From assembly GCA_036229005.1 (NCBI GenBank), contig JAZAMN010000020.1:224001-288000 (forward strand): DNA of 64,000 nt, written 5' to 3'. Positions 38,106 to 46,440 of this stretch are shown in pieces (the stretch's first letter is position 1; every line of letters starts with the position of its first letter). Made by a program: the position numbers and the translations under genes. The DNA comes from Myxococcota bacterium (GTDB lineage Bacteria; Myxococcota_A; UBA796; CAJQPC01). The notes under the pieces were generated by a model. It saw only the letters and a list, made by a program, of their open reading frames with translations. It was not told the origin of the DNA and searched no databases.

Positions 38106-39175
38106 AGCGAGCCCTCCCCGTCGTCGTGGTCCTGGTGATCGTGGCGCTCTTTGTCGGCACCCTGGGCTACCTGTGGAGCCAGTCCCAGGCCCCCGCCGAA
38201 GAGGTCCAGACCCTCCAGCCCGGCCCCCAGGACATCGTGCTCAAGACCGTGGCCACCGGCGCCATCGTCCCCCGCAACGAGGTCGCCATCAAGCCCCAGG
38301 TCAGCGGCCTGATCTCCGTGCTCCACGTCGAGCCCGGCGACACCGTCGCGCGCGGGGACCTGCTCGCCGAGATCCAGGTCGTGCCGGACACGGGCCAGCT
38401 CAGCAATGCCTCGACGGCGGTCTCCCAGGCAAAGATCCGTCTGGCGGAGGCCCAGCGCGAGGAGGTGAGGGTCTCCGCGCTCGTACAGAAGGGTGCCCTC
38501 TCCCAGGCCGCGCTCGACACCGCGCAGACCGAGCTCTCCCTGGCCCAGGAGGCGCTGCGGGGGGCTCAGGACACCCTGGCCATCATCCGCAAAGGCGCCG
38601 CGCGCGGCGGGGGCGAGGTCCGGACCGAGGTGCGCGCCACCGTCCCCGGCACCGTGCTCACCGTGCCCGTCAAGGAGGGCCAGTCGGTCATCGAGGCCAA
38701 CACCTTCAACGAGGGCACCACCATCGCCGAGGTCGCCGACATGGGCGATCTCATCTTCCAAGGCAACGTCGACGAGTCCGAGGTCGGCCGCATCCGCACC
38801 GGCCTGCCCCTGGTCATCCGCATCGGCGCCTACCCCGACCAGCGCTTCGACGGTGCGCTCGAGTACATCGCCCCCAAGGGCAACGAGGAGTCCGGGGCCG
38901 TGCTCTTCGAGATCAAGGCCGCCCTGCAGGTGCCCGAAGGGCAGTTCATCCGCGCCGGGGTCAGCGCCAACGCCGACATCGTCCTGGAGAAGAAGGAGGG
39001 GGTCCTGGCGATCAACGAATCCGCCCTCATCTTCGAGCAGGGCCAGACCTACGTACAGGTGCAGCGACCCGATGGCACCTACGAGGACACGCTGGTCGAG
39101 CTGGGCATCAGCGACGGGATCCACGCGGAGGTGCTGAGCGGGCTCAGTGGCGGTGAGGTGGTGAAGAAGCAGTAG
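38102..39175 (+). CDS. Efflux periplasmic adaptor subunit (MacA/HlyD-like)
   Basis: N-terminal TM; IKPQVSG..V..GD.V..GD; coiled hairpin; VDESEVG. Confidence 0.9.
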   Translation: MKRALPVVVVLVIVALFVGTLGYLWSQSQAPAEEVQTLQPGPQDIVLKTVATGAIVPRNEVAIKPQVSGLISVLHVEPGDTVARGDLLAEIQVVPDTGQLSNASTAVSQAKIRLAEAQREEVRVSALVQKGALSQAALDTAQTELSLAQEALRGAQDTLAIIRKGAARGGGEVRTEVRATVPGTVLTVPVKEGQSVIEANTFNEGTTIAEVADMGDLIFQGNVDESEVGRIRTGLPLVIRIGAYPDQRFDGALEYIAPKGNEESGAVLFEIKAALQVPEGQFIRAGVSANADIVLEKKEGVLAINESALIFEQGQTYVQVQRPDGTYEDTLVELGISDGIHAEVLSGLSGGEVVKKQ

Positions 39176-39223
39176 GCGGGGGGTGGCGGGGGATTAGACT
39201 GAGCTTGTTCACCAGGAGAGAGC

Positions 39224-40441
39224 GTGGAATCCGCGAGCGCGACCTATTTCACTGCGCTTGAGTTCGAGAACGTGCGCTGCTTTGGCCCGCGCCAGCGCCT
39301 GGATCTGTCCGATGGACAGGGTGGCTGGGCGCGGTGGACGCTGCTGCTTGGGGAGAATGGGACGGGGAAGACGACGGTGCTGCAGCTGCTGGCGGCGAGC
39401 GTAATCAGAGGGAAGACCTCCCCGAGCATCCCCCCGGACACATTCAGCGCGGGGGATGTCGTCGTTGAGCACTCAGACGGGTTCTGGTTGCGTTGGCAGC
39501 CCCACAAAAACGGGGCGTCGTGGCGGAACTCCGACCCATTGGCCCACGTCTACCTCGTCGGCTACGGCGCCCACCGCCAGTCCATCGAGCACATGATCGA
39601 GCTGGACAAGACCGGGGCCGACGCCACCCTCTTCTCCCCAGACGCCGGACTGATCGACGCCCAGGCCTGGCTGCTCCAACTGGACTACGCCGCCAAGTCC
39701 AACCCCCTATTTCAGGCCCAGCTCGACCAGGTCAAGCAGACCCTGCTCTCGGTGCTTCCCGACGTCTCCGATGTCCGCATCGTCGGCCCGGGCGCCAGGG
39801 ACGCCAAGGCAACCGCGACCCCCTCCTCGGCCCTGGTCGAGTGTGAGACGCCCTACGGCTGGGTCCCCATGGACCAGCTCAGCCTGGGCTACCAGTCCAC
39901 GCTGACCTGGGTTGTGGATCTGGTCGCGCGCATGTACCACCGCTATCCGGAGTCCGAGAACCCGCTGGCGGAGCCCGTCGTCGTGCTCATCGACGAGCTC
40001 GACCTCCACCTGCACCCCCGCTGGCAGCGGGAGGTCATCGGCTACCTGTCCGCGCGCTTCCCCAAGGCCCAGTTCATCGCGACGGCCCACAGCCCGCTGG
40101 TGGTCCAGGCCGCAGAAGGGGCCAACATCGCCGTGTTCCGCCGGGAGGGGGACCACGTGGTCATCGATCAGGACCACCAGAACATCCGCGGATGGCGGGT
40201 GGACCAGTTGCTGACCAGCGACCTCTTTGGGCTGGAGAGCGCCCGGAGCCCTGAGGTCGCCGCACAGCGTGCCCGTCGGATCGAGCTGCTGAACACACCC
40301 CAGCGCTCCCCTGCCCAAGAGGCCGAGCTCGCCAAGCTCCGCGAGGCACTCTCCGCCCTCCCCACCGAGAGCACTCCGGAGAAGCAGCGGGCGCTCGACC
40401 TGCTCACGCAGGCACTGGGACACCTCAAGGCCGGCCCGTGA
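39224..40441 (+). CDS. AAA/ABC-type ATPase, PtuA-like (Septu)
   Basis: ENVRCF; GENGTGKT; LSLGYQ; VLIDELDLHLHPRWQ; FIATAHSP. Confidence 0.85.
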   Translation: MESASATYFTALEFENVRCFGPRQRLDLSDGQGGWARWTLLLGENGTGKTTVLQLLAASVIRGKTSPSIPPDTFSAGDVVVEHSDGFWLRWQPHKNGASWRNSDPLAHVYLVGYGAHRQSIEHMIELDKTGADATLFSPDAGLIDAQAWLLQLDYAAKSNPLFQAQLDQVKQTLLSVLPDVSDVRIVGPGARDAKATATPSSALVECETPYGWVPMDQLSLGYQSTLTWVVDLVARMYHRYPESENPLAEPVVVLIDELDLHLHPRWQREVIGYLSARFPKAQFIATAHSPLVVQAAEGANIAVFRREGDHVVIDQDHQNIRGWRVDQLLTSDLFGLESARSPEVAAQRARRIELLNTPQRSPAQEAELAKLREALSALPTESTPEKQRALDLLTQALGHLKAGP

Positions 40442-41172
40442 TCAAGGTCCGGAAGCGGGAGGAGGGGCCTGCTGTCCTCCGCGACTCGGGGGCCACCAGC
40501 ACGGCTGCACTCTGTCGAGCCTATGACCGGGGAGAGCGGCACTTTGAGTTCGACCGGGGCATCTACGCCCACAGCAGCGTCAAGAGCGCGCTGGTCGACG
40601 ACCAGCACGCCAAGTGCTGCTTCTGCGAGAGCAAGGTGACGGCGGTCGCCTACGGGGATGTCGAGCACTTCCGCCCCAAGGGCGGCTACCGCCAGGAGCC
40701 CGGCGACTCGCTGATCAGCCCCGGCTACTACTGGCTGGCCTACGAGTGGTCGAACCTCTTCTTGAGCTGCCAGATCTGCAACCAGCGCTACAAGCGCAAC
40801 CTCTTCCCCCTGGTGGACCCCGCCGCGCGGGCCAAGAACCACCACCACTCATTGGCGGCAGAGCACCCCCTGCTGGTCGCGCCGGATGGCCAACCGGAGG
40901 AGCACATCGCCTTCGACGAAGAGGTCGCTGTCGGGACCACTGACGCGGGACGCGTGAGCGTCACCACTCTGGACCTGAATCGGTATGAGCTGACCGAAGC
41001 CCGGCTCGCGCTGCTGAAACCCATGCGGATGATGGAAACCGCGATCCAGACCAGCCACCTGCCGCTAAACCTGCGTCAGCAGATGTACGAACTCCTGATG
41101 GAAGCCCGAGCGCCAGGGAGCCCCTTCGCGGGGATGCTCCGCGCCCGCCCCCTGCCCGAAGCACCGGTGTAG
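40438..41172 (+). CDS. HNH endonuclease, PtuB-like
   Basis: KCCFCES; VEHFRPK; YYWLAYEWSNLFLSCQICNQ..K.N.FP; GTGA overlap with the ATPase. Confidence 0.85.
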   Translation: MIKVRKREEGPAVLRDSGATSTAALCRAYDRGERHFEFDRGIYAHSSVKSALVDDQHAKCCFCESKVTAVAYGDVEHFRPKGGYRQEPGDSLISPGYYWLAYEWSNLFLSCQICNQRYKRNLFPLVDPAARAKNHHHSLAAEHPLLVAPDGQPEEHIAFDEEVAVGTTDAGRVSVTTLDLNRYELTEARLALLKPMRMMETAIQTSHLPLNLRQQMYELLMEARAPGSPFAGMLRARPLPEAPV

Positions 41173-41185
41173 GGTCTGCCCCAGC

Positions 41186-41830
41186 ATGTCCTCGCCTGCA
41201 CCCAGAGCCGTCTACGCAGTCCTGTGCATCCTCTATCTGGGGGTGATGGGCCTACGACCCTTCCCCGCCGACTGGCTCCTCAAGGCCCTCCCCATCCTGC
41301 TGCTGGGGGCCTACGCGGCCAAGGTGGGGCGGGGCCGGGTGCGCGGCATCCTGATCGCAGCCCTCGCGATGTCGGCGCTGGGGGACGTCCTGCTGGCCCT
41401 GGATGGGCTCTTCCTCCCCGGACTGGGCGCCTTCTTGGTGGCCCAGCTCTGCTACGCCGGGCTCTTCTTCTCCCAGTCCGAGCGCAGCCCCCGCGGCTGG
41501 ATGTGGGCCATCGGTGTGGTGATGCTGGTGGCGTCGGTCGGCGCTGGGATCCTGCCCCAGGCGGGCGAGATGGCGCTGCCGGTGGGCGGCTACATGCTGG
41601 CGATCTCCACGATGGCCATCGGCGCGGGCTTCCGCCGCGACCCGGAGTTCTGGTGGGTGGGGCTGGGCGCCCTGGTGTTCGTGGCCAGCGACAGCCTGAT
41701 CGCCGTGAACACCTTCGTGCAGCCCTTTGGCCTGGCCGATCTGGCCGTGATGGTGACCTACTACCTGGCGCAGGGACTGATGGTCTTTGGGGTCTTGGGG
41801 GCCGAGGGGCTTTCGGGCCCCCGAAGCTGA
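41186..41830 (+). CDS. Lysoplasmalogenase (YhhN/TMEM86 family)
   Basis: LLKALP; SALGDVLL; GLGAFLVAQLCY; FVASDSLIA; VMVTYYLAQ. Confidence 0.88.
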   Translation: MSSPAPRAVYAVLCILYLGVMGLRPFPADWLLKALPILLLGAYAAKVGRGRVRGILIAALAMSALGDVLLALDGLFLPGLGAFLVAQLCYAGLFFSQSERSPRGWMWAIGVVMLVASVGAGILPQAGEMALPVGGYMLAISTMAIGAGFRRDPEFWWVGLGALVFVASDSLIAVNTFVQPFGLADLAVMVTYYLAQGLMVFGVLGAEGLSGPRS

Positions 41831-41855
41831 AGGGTCCAACCCCCAAAGGAGTCCC

Positions 41856-42353
41856 ATGTTCTCCCTCCTCTGCGCCCTTGCCCTCGGCGAGGACACCGTG
41901 GCCCTCGGCGAGGACACCGTCCCGCCAACCCCCGACACCGGCGTCCGCATCTTCCTGGGCGCCGGCAGCGCCCAGAACCAAGGCAGCGTCGGCGAGGCCC
42001 TGGAGCTCGGCGCCCACCGCGTCACCTACAAGAACCGCGTGGGCTCTCAGCTTGGCGGCAGCCTGTCCTTCTACCGGGCCGGAGCGCTGACCCTGCCGGT
42101 CCTCAACGCGGACGCGATGGTGCGCTGGCGGCCCTCGGAGACCTGGCGGGTGCAGCCCTACGCGAGCGCCGGGATCGGCCTCTCGATGCTCCTGATCCTC
42201 CCCTTCCCCGCCGCCACGATCGGCCTGGGCCTGGACATCCCCGTGGGCAACCTGCACCTGGACGGCGCGCTGCGCGGCCGCTGGATCGCCGACCCCTACG
42301 GCCAGACCGACGGCGTGAGCGTCACCACGCTGGAGCTGGGTCTGCGGGTCTGA
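41856..42353 (+). CDS. Small outer-membrane beta-barrel-like protein
   Basis: AAGGAG SD; short signal peptide; QPYASAGIG; ends ELGLRV; ALGEDTV duplicated. Confidence 0.6.
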   Translation: MFSLLCALALGEDTVALGEDTVPPTPDTGVRIFLGAGSAQNQGSVGEALELGAHRVTYKNRVGSQLGGSLSFYRAGALTLPVLNADAMVRWRPSETWRVQPYASAGIGLSMLLILPFPAATIGLGLDIPVGNLHLDGALRGRWIADPYGQTDGVSVTTLELGLRV

Positions 42354-42380
42354 GTCCGCCGCCCGGGCTACAGTCCGCGC

Positions 42381-42878
42381 ATGTCTGACAACACCGCCCT
42401 CATCGAGCGCTTCTACGCCGCCTTCGCCCAACGCGACGCGGCCGGCATGAGCGCCTGCTACCACCCAAACGTCCGCTTCTCCGACCCGGCCTTCCCCGAC
42501 CTCAAGGGGGTCGAGGCCGCCGCGATGTGGCACATGCTCTGCGAGCGCGGCGCCGATCTGCGCGTCGAGCACAGCGCGGTGCAGGCCAGCGGCGACAGCG
42601 GCAGCGCCCACTGGGAGGCCTGGTACACCTTCTCGACCACGGGCCGCTCGGTGCACAACATCATCGACGCCAGCTTCCGCTTCCAGGACGGGCGCGTCAT
42701 CGAGCACCGCGACGTGTTCGACTTCTCGCGCTGGTCCAAGCAGGCGCTGGGGGCCCCGGGCTACCTGCTGGGTTGGTCGGGCTTTCTGCGCAACAAGGTC
42801 CAGACCCAGGCCGACAAGGGCCTGCGGATCTGGATGGGCAAGCACGACGGCGGCGCCGGGCTCATCCCCCCGCTCTGA
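42381..42878 (+). CDS. SnoaL/NTF2-like protein
   Basis: IERFYAAF; CYHP..F.DP.F; HWEAWYTF; HRDVFDF. Confidence 0.88.
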   Translation: MSDNTALIERFYAAFAQRDAAGMSACYHPNVRFSDPAFPDLKGVEAAAMWHMLCERGADLRVEHSAVQASGDSGSAHWEAWYTFSTTGRSVHNIIDASFRFQDGRVIEHRDVFDFSRWSKQALGAPGYLLGWSGFLRNKVQTQADKGLRIWMGKHDGGAGLIPPL

Positions 42879-42903
42879 GGGGTCGAGGGGCTGCTGGGCC
42901 TAG

Positions 42904-43134
42904 CAGGCTGCTGAAAAACGCCCCTGGTCGGTCATGAGTCGGGCTGTTGCGCCCGACTCACCCTTCGGGCCAGGTCCAGATTCCGTCCGCCGACGCCATC
43001 GAGACTTCGGGTTCTACCCTCCGTCTCGCCCTCCGGCATCCTCGGTTGGGGGTCTCGACCCCCGCTCTCGGCTGTGTCGGCAGCGGGCCAAAATCTGCCC
43101 TCTGGTGACCTCGGGGCCCTTTTTCAGCAGCCTG
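42904..43134. mobile_element. MITE (~231 bp) with 15-bp perfect TIRs flanked by CTAG
   Basis: CTAG|CAGGCTGCTGAAAAA ... TTTTTCAGCAGCCTG|CTAG; no credible internal ORF. Confidence 0.8.
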
Positions 43135-43377
43135 CTAGAGCAGATCCTCTTCCACCACGCCGACAGCGCCCTGGGTCAGCACCTTGATGCGCTCCTCGGC
43201 GGAGTCGAGGCGCTCGTGGCAGCTCCGCGTGAGCTCGATGCCCTCCTCAAAGAGCTTGAGGGCCTGCTCCAGGGGCAGGTCCCCCTGCTCCAGGGCCGCC
43301 ACCCGGGACTCCAGGCGCTCCATGAGGGTCTCGAAGCTCTCGGCGGGCTTCGACTCGGTCGACTCCGTGGCGCTCAC
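43135..43377 (-). CDS. xseB: Exodeoxyribonuclease VII small subunit
   Basis: SFETLMERLE..V..LEQGDLPLEQALKLFEEG..L...C...L..AEERI; GTG start overlaps the SDR stop. Confidence 0.9.
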   Translation of the reverse strand: MSATESTESKPAESFETLMERLESRVAALEQGDLPLEQALKLFEEGIELTRSCHERLDSAEERIKVLTQGAVGVVEEDLL

Positions 43378-44168
43378 TGCTTGTCTCCAGAGAAGGACAT
43401 CACGGCCTTGCCGTAGAGCCCCGTGAACAGGCGCACCAGCCAGCTCGGCGCGGTGCGGGCGATGCCCATGCCCCAGCGGATGTGGAAGCTGGGCGTGACG
43501 ATGGGGGTGTTGCGCTCCAGCCCGCGCAGGGCGTCGCGCACGACCTTCTGGGGAGAGGCCATGGCCCAGGCGGGCGGGTCGGCGGCGCCATCGGCGGCCA
43601 CCGCGAAGAACTCCGTGGCGACGGGCCCAGGGGCCAGGCAGCTCACGTTCACGCCGGTGCCCCGCAGCTCGCTGCGCAGGGCGTCCGAGAAGGAGTTCAC
43701 GAAGGCCTTGGTGGCCCCGTAGAGGGCCATGGTGGGCAGCGGGACCATGCCGGCCGTGCTGCCCACGTTCAGGATGCCGCCGCGCCCCTGTTGCACCATT
43801 CGGGGCAGGTAGAGGTCGCCGAGCTGGAGCAGGGCCCGGCAGTTCAGGTCCAGCATGGACAGGCTCGCGCCCAGGTTGTCCAGGTGGGCGCCGGCCTTGC
43901 CGAAGCCCGCGTTGTTGATGATGACGTCGACGTCGGGGAAGCGCTCGTGCAGGGCGTCGATCTGCGCGGCGTCCGTGAGGTCCACGGACATGACCTCGCA
44001 GGGGACCTGCAGCTCGGCGGCGAGAGCCTCCAGTCGCTCCAGGCGGCGCGCCACCAGGATCAGCCGCCCGACGCCCTTGGCCTGGAGCTGCCGAGCGAAC
44101 TCGACGCCCATGCCGGCGCTGGCTCCGGTGACCAGCACCGTGAGCCCCTTGAGATCCAGGCACGCCAT
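43374..44168 (-). CDS. SDR family oxidoreductase
   Basis: TGASAGMG; NNAG; YGATK; PGPVAT. Confidence 0.92.
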   Translation of the reverse strand: MACLDLKGLTVLVTGASAGMGVEFARQLQAKGVGRLILVARRLERLEALAAELQVPCEVMSVDLTDAAQIDALHERFPDVDVIINNAGFGKAGAHLDNLGASLSMLDLNCRALLQLGDLYLPRMVQQGRGGILNVGSTAGMVPLPTMALYGATKAFVNSFSDALRSELRGTGVNVSCLAPGPVATEFFAVAADGAADPPAWAMASPQKVVRDALRGLERNTPIVTPSFHIRWGMGIARTAPSWLVRLFTGLYGKAVMSFSGDKQ

Positions 44169-44169
44169 C

Positions 44170-46410
44170 TCAGGCCTGGGCCTTGACGCGCTCGATGCGC
44201 CCGACCTTGAAGGTCCGCAGGTCGCCGGTCTCGGCGTTGCGGGCCACCACGACCTGCTCCCCAGCGGGGTTCAGGGCCAGGCGGCTTGGCTCCAGGGTGT
44301 AGCCCACGCGCTTGCCGTCCTTGCCGGCGTACTGCACCCGGACGGCCTGCCGCAGGGCGATGGCGCGGTCCAGGACCTTGCGGACCTCGGCGGGGGACAG
44401 GCGGGGGGCCTCGACGGGCTTCTTCTTCTTCTTCTTGCGGCGGCCGGTGGAGCTGCCGGGGACCGGCAGCAGGTCCTCGGGCTGGGTGTCGGCCTCGTGG
44501 GCGCGGGCCAGCGGGTTGTCGCTCGTCTCGCGGGCCTCCGCCAGGAGCTGGTGCAGGGCCTCGCGGGCGCTGATCTGTCCGGGCTCCCCGGGGTAGTGCC
44601 GGAGGTCCTTGGCCGGGGACAGCCCCAGCTCGCTCAGGGCCTCGAAGACCTCGGCGATGCGGGAACGATCGATCGCATACATGCCGGGGGCGAAGCGGTG
44701 CAGGAGGTGGGGACGCAGGCTGCGAGCGGCCTCGATCTCCTTCACCTTGGTCTTGGCGACGGTCATGACCACGCAGTCGTGGAACTCGACGTCCACGCCG
44801 CTGCCCATCCAGCTCTTGAGGGTCTGGTCCACGTTCTCGGGCAGGCCGATCTGGCTGCCCTCCCGCAAGAACTCCAGGACATCGTCGCGGCGCCAGCCCT
44901 TGGCCAGGGCCTGCTCGATGCTGATCTCGGAGATCTTGTAGGTGTTGGCGCGATCACAGCCCGTGAGCTCCGCCAGCTCTCCGATGTGGAAGAGCAGCAT
45001 GGGCGGCAGCCCCGCGGGGGCCATGATCTCGTAGCTGGGGGTCAGGTAGAACTGGCTGAACTCGCCCTCCTCCGCAGGCTCGATCATGGCGAGCGCGCGG
45101 GGGGTGAGGCGGTAGAACTTCTCCTGGCCCCACTCGCCCAGCTCCAGCATCCCGGCGTTGGCCAGGGGCGCGAAGGAGAAGGACTCCCGCTCGTGGGAGC
45201 GGGTGGCGGCGAACTCGCCCTTGTGGAAGCGCTTGCGCCAGTCCTCGCCGCGGGTCCAGCGACGGTAGAGCGCCTGCAGCGGCTGCTCGGGGACCCACTC
45301 GCCCTTGCCGGAGTGCACCGCGTAGAGGATCCACTCGGCGTAGCGGAAGCGCTGGTCCAGGCTGCGGAAGATGAGGTCGCGCTGGTCCTCGGACTCAAGC
45401 TGCAGCCACTCTTCGACCACGTCCCGGTTGACCGCCAGGCGGTCCCCGCTCAGCTCGCAGAGGCCGTGCTGGATCAGGAAGTCGATGTGGAAGTGGAAGA
45501 GCTCGCTGTTGGCGTCCCAGAGCTGGCCGAAGAACTCGTCCATCTCCTGCTTGTCGGCCTTGAAGATGTCCTGCTGCTGGGTCAGGCGCGGGGGCCGCTG
45601 ATCGATGTAGGTGCACAGCGTGGTGATCGAGAAGTCCAGCGGCGGCACGAAGGCCCGGGCGTTGCGGACGCGGATCTCGTCGTGCTGGAACACGCCCACC
45701 TTGAGCTCGGACTCCAGGTGCTCCACCAGGTGCTCCACCAGGGGATCGGGCACCAGGTAGAAGAACGCGCCGTCCTGCTCCTCGGAGGCGTTGACCAGGC
45801 CCTTGTCGGCCAAGACCAACAGCACCCGGGTCCAGTCGCGCTCGTGTCCGCCCAAGGACAGGTGCAGCTCGCGAAGGAGCTCCTCGGAGTGGGCGAGGCC
45901 GCCGCACTGGATGAGGATCGCCAGCGCCATGCGCTCCTTCTCGTGCAGGCCCTTGAGCATGGAGCCCAGGCGCTTGCCCTTGGCGATCGCCCGCACGGAG
46001 AGCTGGACCATGCGGTCGATGTCGCCCACGCGGGTGGGCTGGCCGCCCAGGCCCTTGTAGAGCTTGGAGAGCAGGCCCTCGGGCATGCGCCCGAAGTAGT
46101 CCTCGAGCTCTCCGATCTCCTCGTTCGACAGCTTCCGCCTGCGGTTCAGACCCGCGACGGCCGGCCCCCTGCGCTTGCGACGACGGCGCTTGCGGCGACG
46201 ACTCCGACCAGTGTTCGGGGTGCTCACGGCGGGGGAGTTGTCCTCATCCCGACGACGGCGACGGCGGCCCCCACCGGACGAGGACTTCTCGCCCTGCGCC
46301 TGCTGCTGGACCTGCTCCTCGCCTCCACCACCCTCGGACTTGCTCCGACGGCGACGGCGGCGGCGGCGCTTGTTCTTGTTGTTGGCGTCAGCGCCGGCTT
46401 GCTCGGACAT
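44170..46410 (-). CDS. XPB-partner helicase-associated (Helicase_C_3-like) protein with C-terminal WYL-like domain and Arg-rich N-terminus
   Basis: LTPSYEIMAP...YKISEISIEQAL..G...LPENV..L.SW; C-terminus VRVQY.GKDG..LEPSRL...DLRTFKVGRI. Confidence 0.75.
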   Translation of the reverse strand: MSEQAGADANNKNKRRRRRRRRSKSEGGGGEEQVQQQAQGEKSSSGGGRRRRRRDEDNSPAVSTPNTGRSRRRKRRRRKRRGPAVAGLNRRRKLSNEEIGELEDYFGRMPEGLLSKLYKGLGGQPTRVGDIDRMVQLSVRAIAKGKRLGSMLKGLHEKERMALAILIQCGGLAHSEELLRELHLSLGGHERDWTRVLLVLADKGLVNASEEQDGAFFYLVPDPLVEHLVEHLESELKVGVFQHDEIRVRNARAFVPPLDFSITTLCTYIDQRPPRLTQQQDIFKADKQEMDEFFGQLWDANSELFHFHIDFLIQHGLCELSGDRLAVNRDVVEEWLQLESEDQRDLIFRSLDQRFRYAEWILYAVHSGKGEWVPEQPLQALYRRWTRGEDWRKRFHKGEFAATRSHERESFSFAPLANAGMLELGEWGQEKFYRLTPRALAMIEPAEEGEFSQFYLTPSYEIMAPAGLPPMLLFHIGELAELTGCDRANTYKISEISIEQALAKGWRRDDVLEFLREGSQIGLPENVDQTLKSWMGSGVDVEFHDCVVMTVAKTKVKEIEAARSLRPHLLHRFAPGMYAIDRSRIAEVFEALSELGLSPAKDLRHYPGEPGQISAREALHQLLAEARETSDNPLARAHEADTQPEDLLPVPGSSTGRRKKKKKKPVEAPRLSPAEVRKVLDRAIALRQAVRVQYAGKDGKRVGYTLEPSRLALNPAGEQVVVARNAETGDLRTFKVGRIERVKAQA

Positions 46411-46440
46411 CCGAAAACCTCACTCTGCGGGTCGCTGCCC

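Noticed and set aside
24656..41172. Prophage or integrative element
   Set aside because: No integrase, att-like repeats or phage structural genes; the accessory cassettes are isolated two-gene inserts.
39176..41185. Retron associated with the ATPase/HNH pair
   Set aside because: No reverse transcriptase and no space for an ncRNA.
42934..43416. 160-aa ORF inside the MITE as a transposase remnant
   Set aside because: No DDE or HTH features; it runs antisense into xseB.
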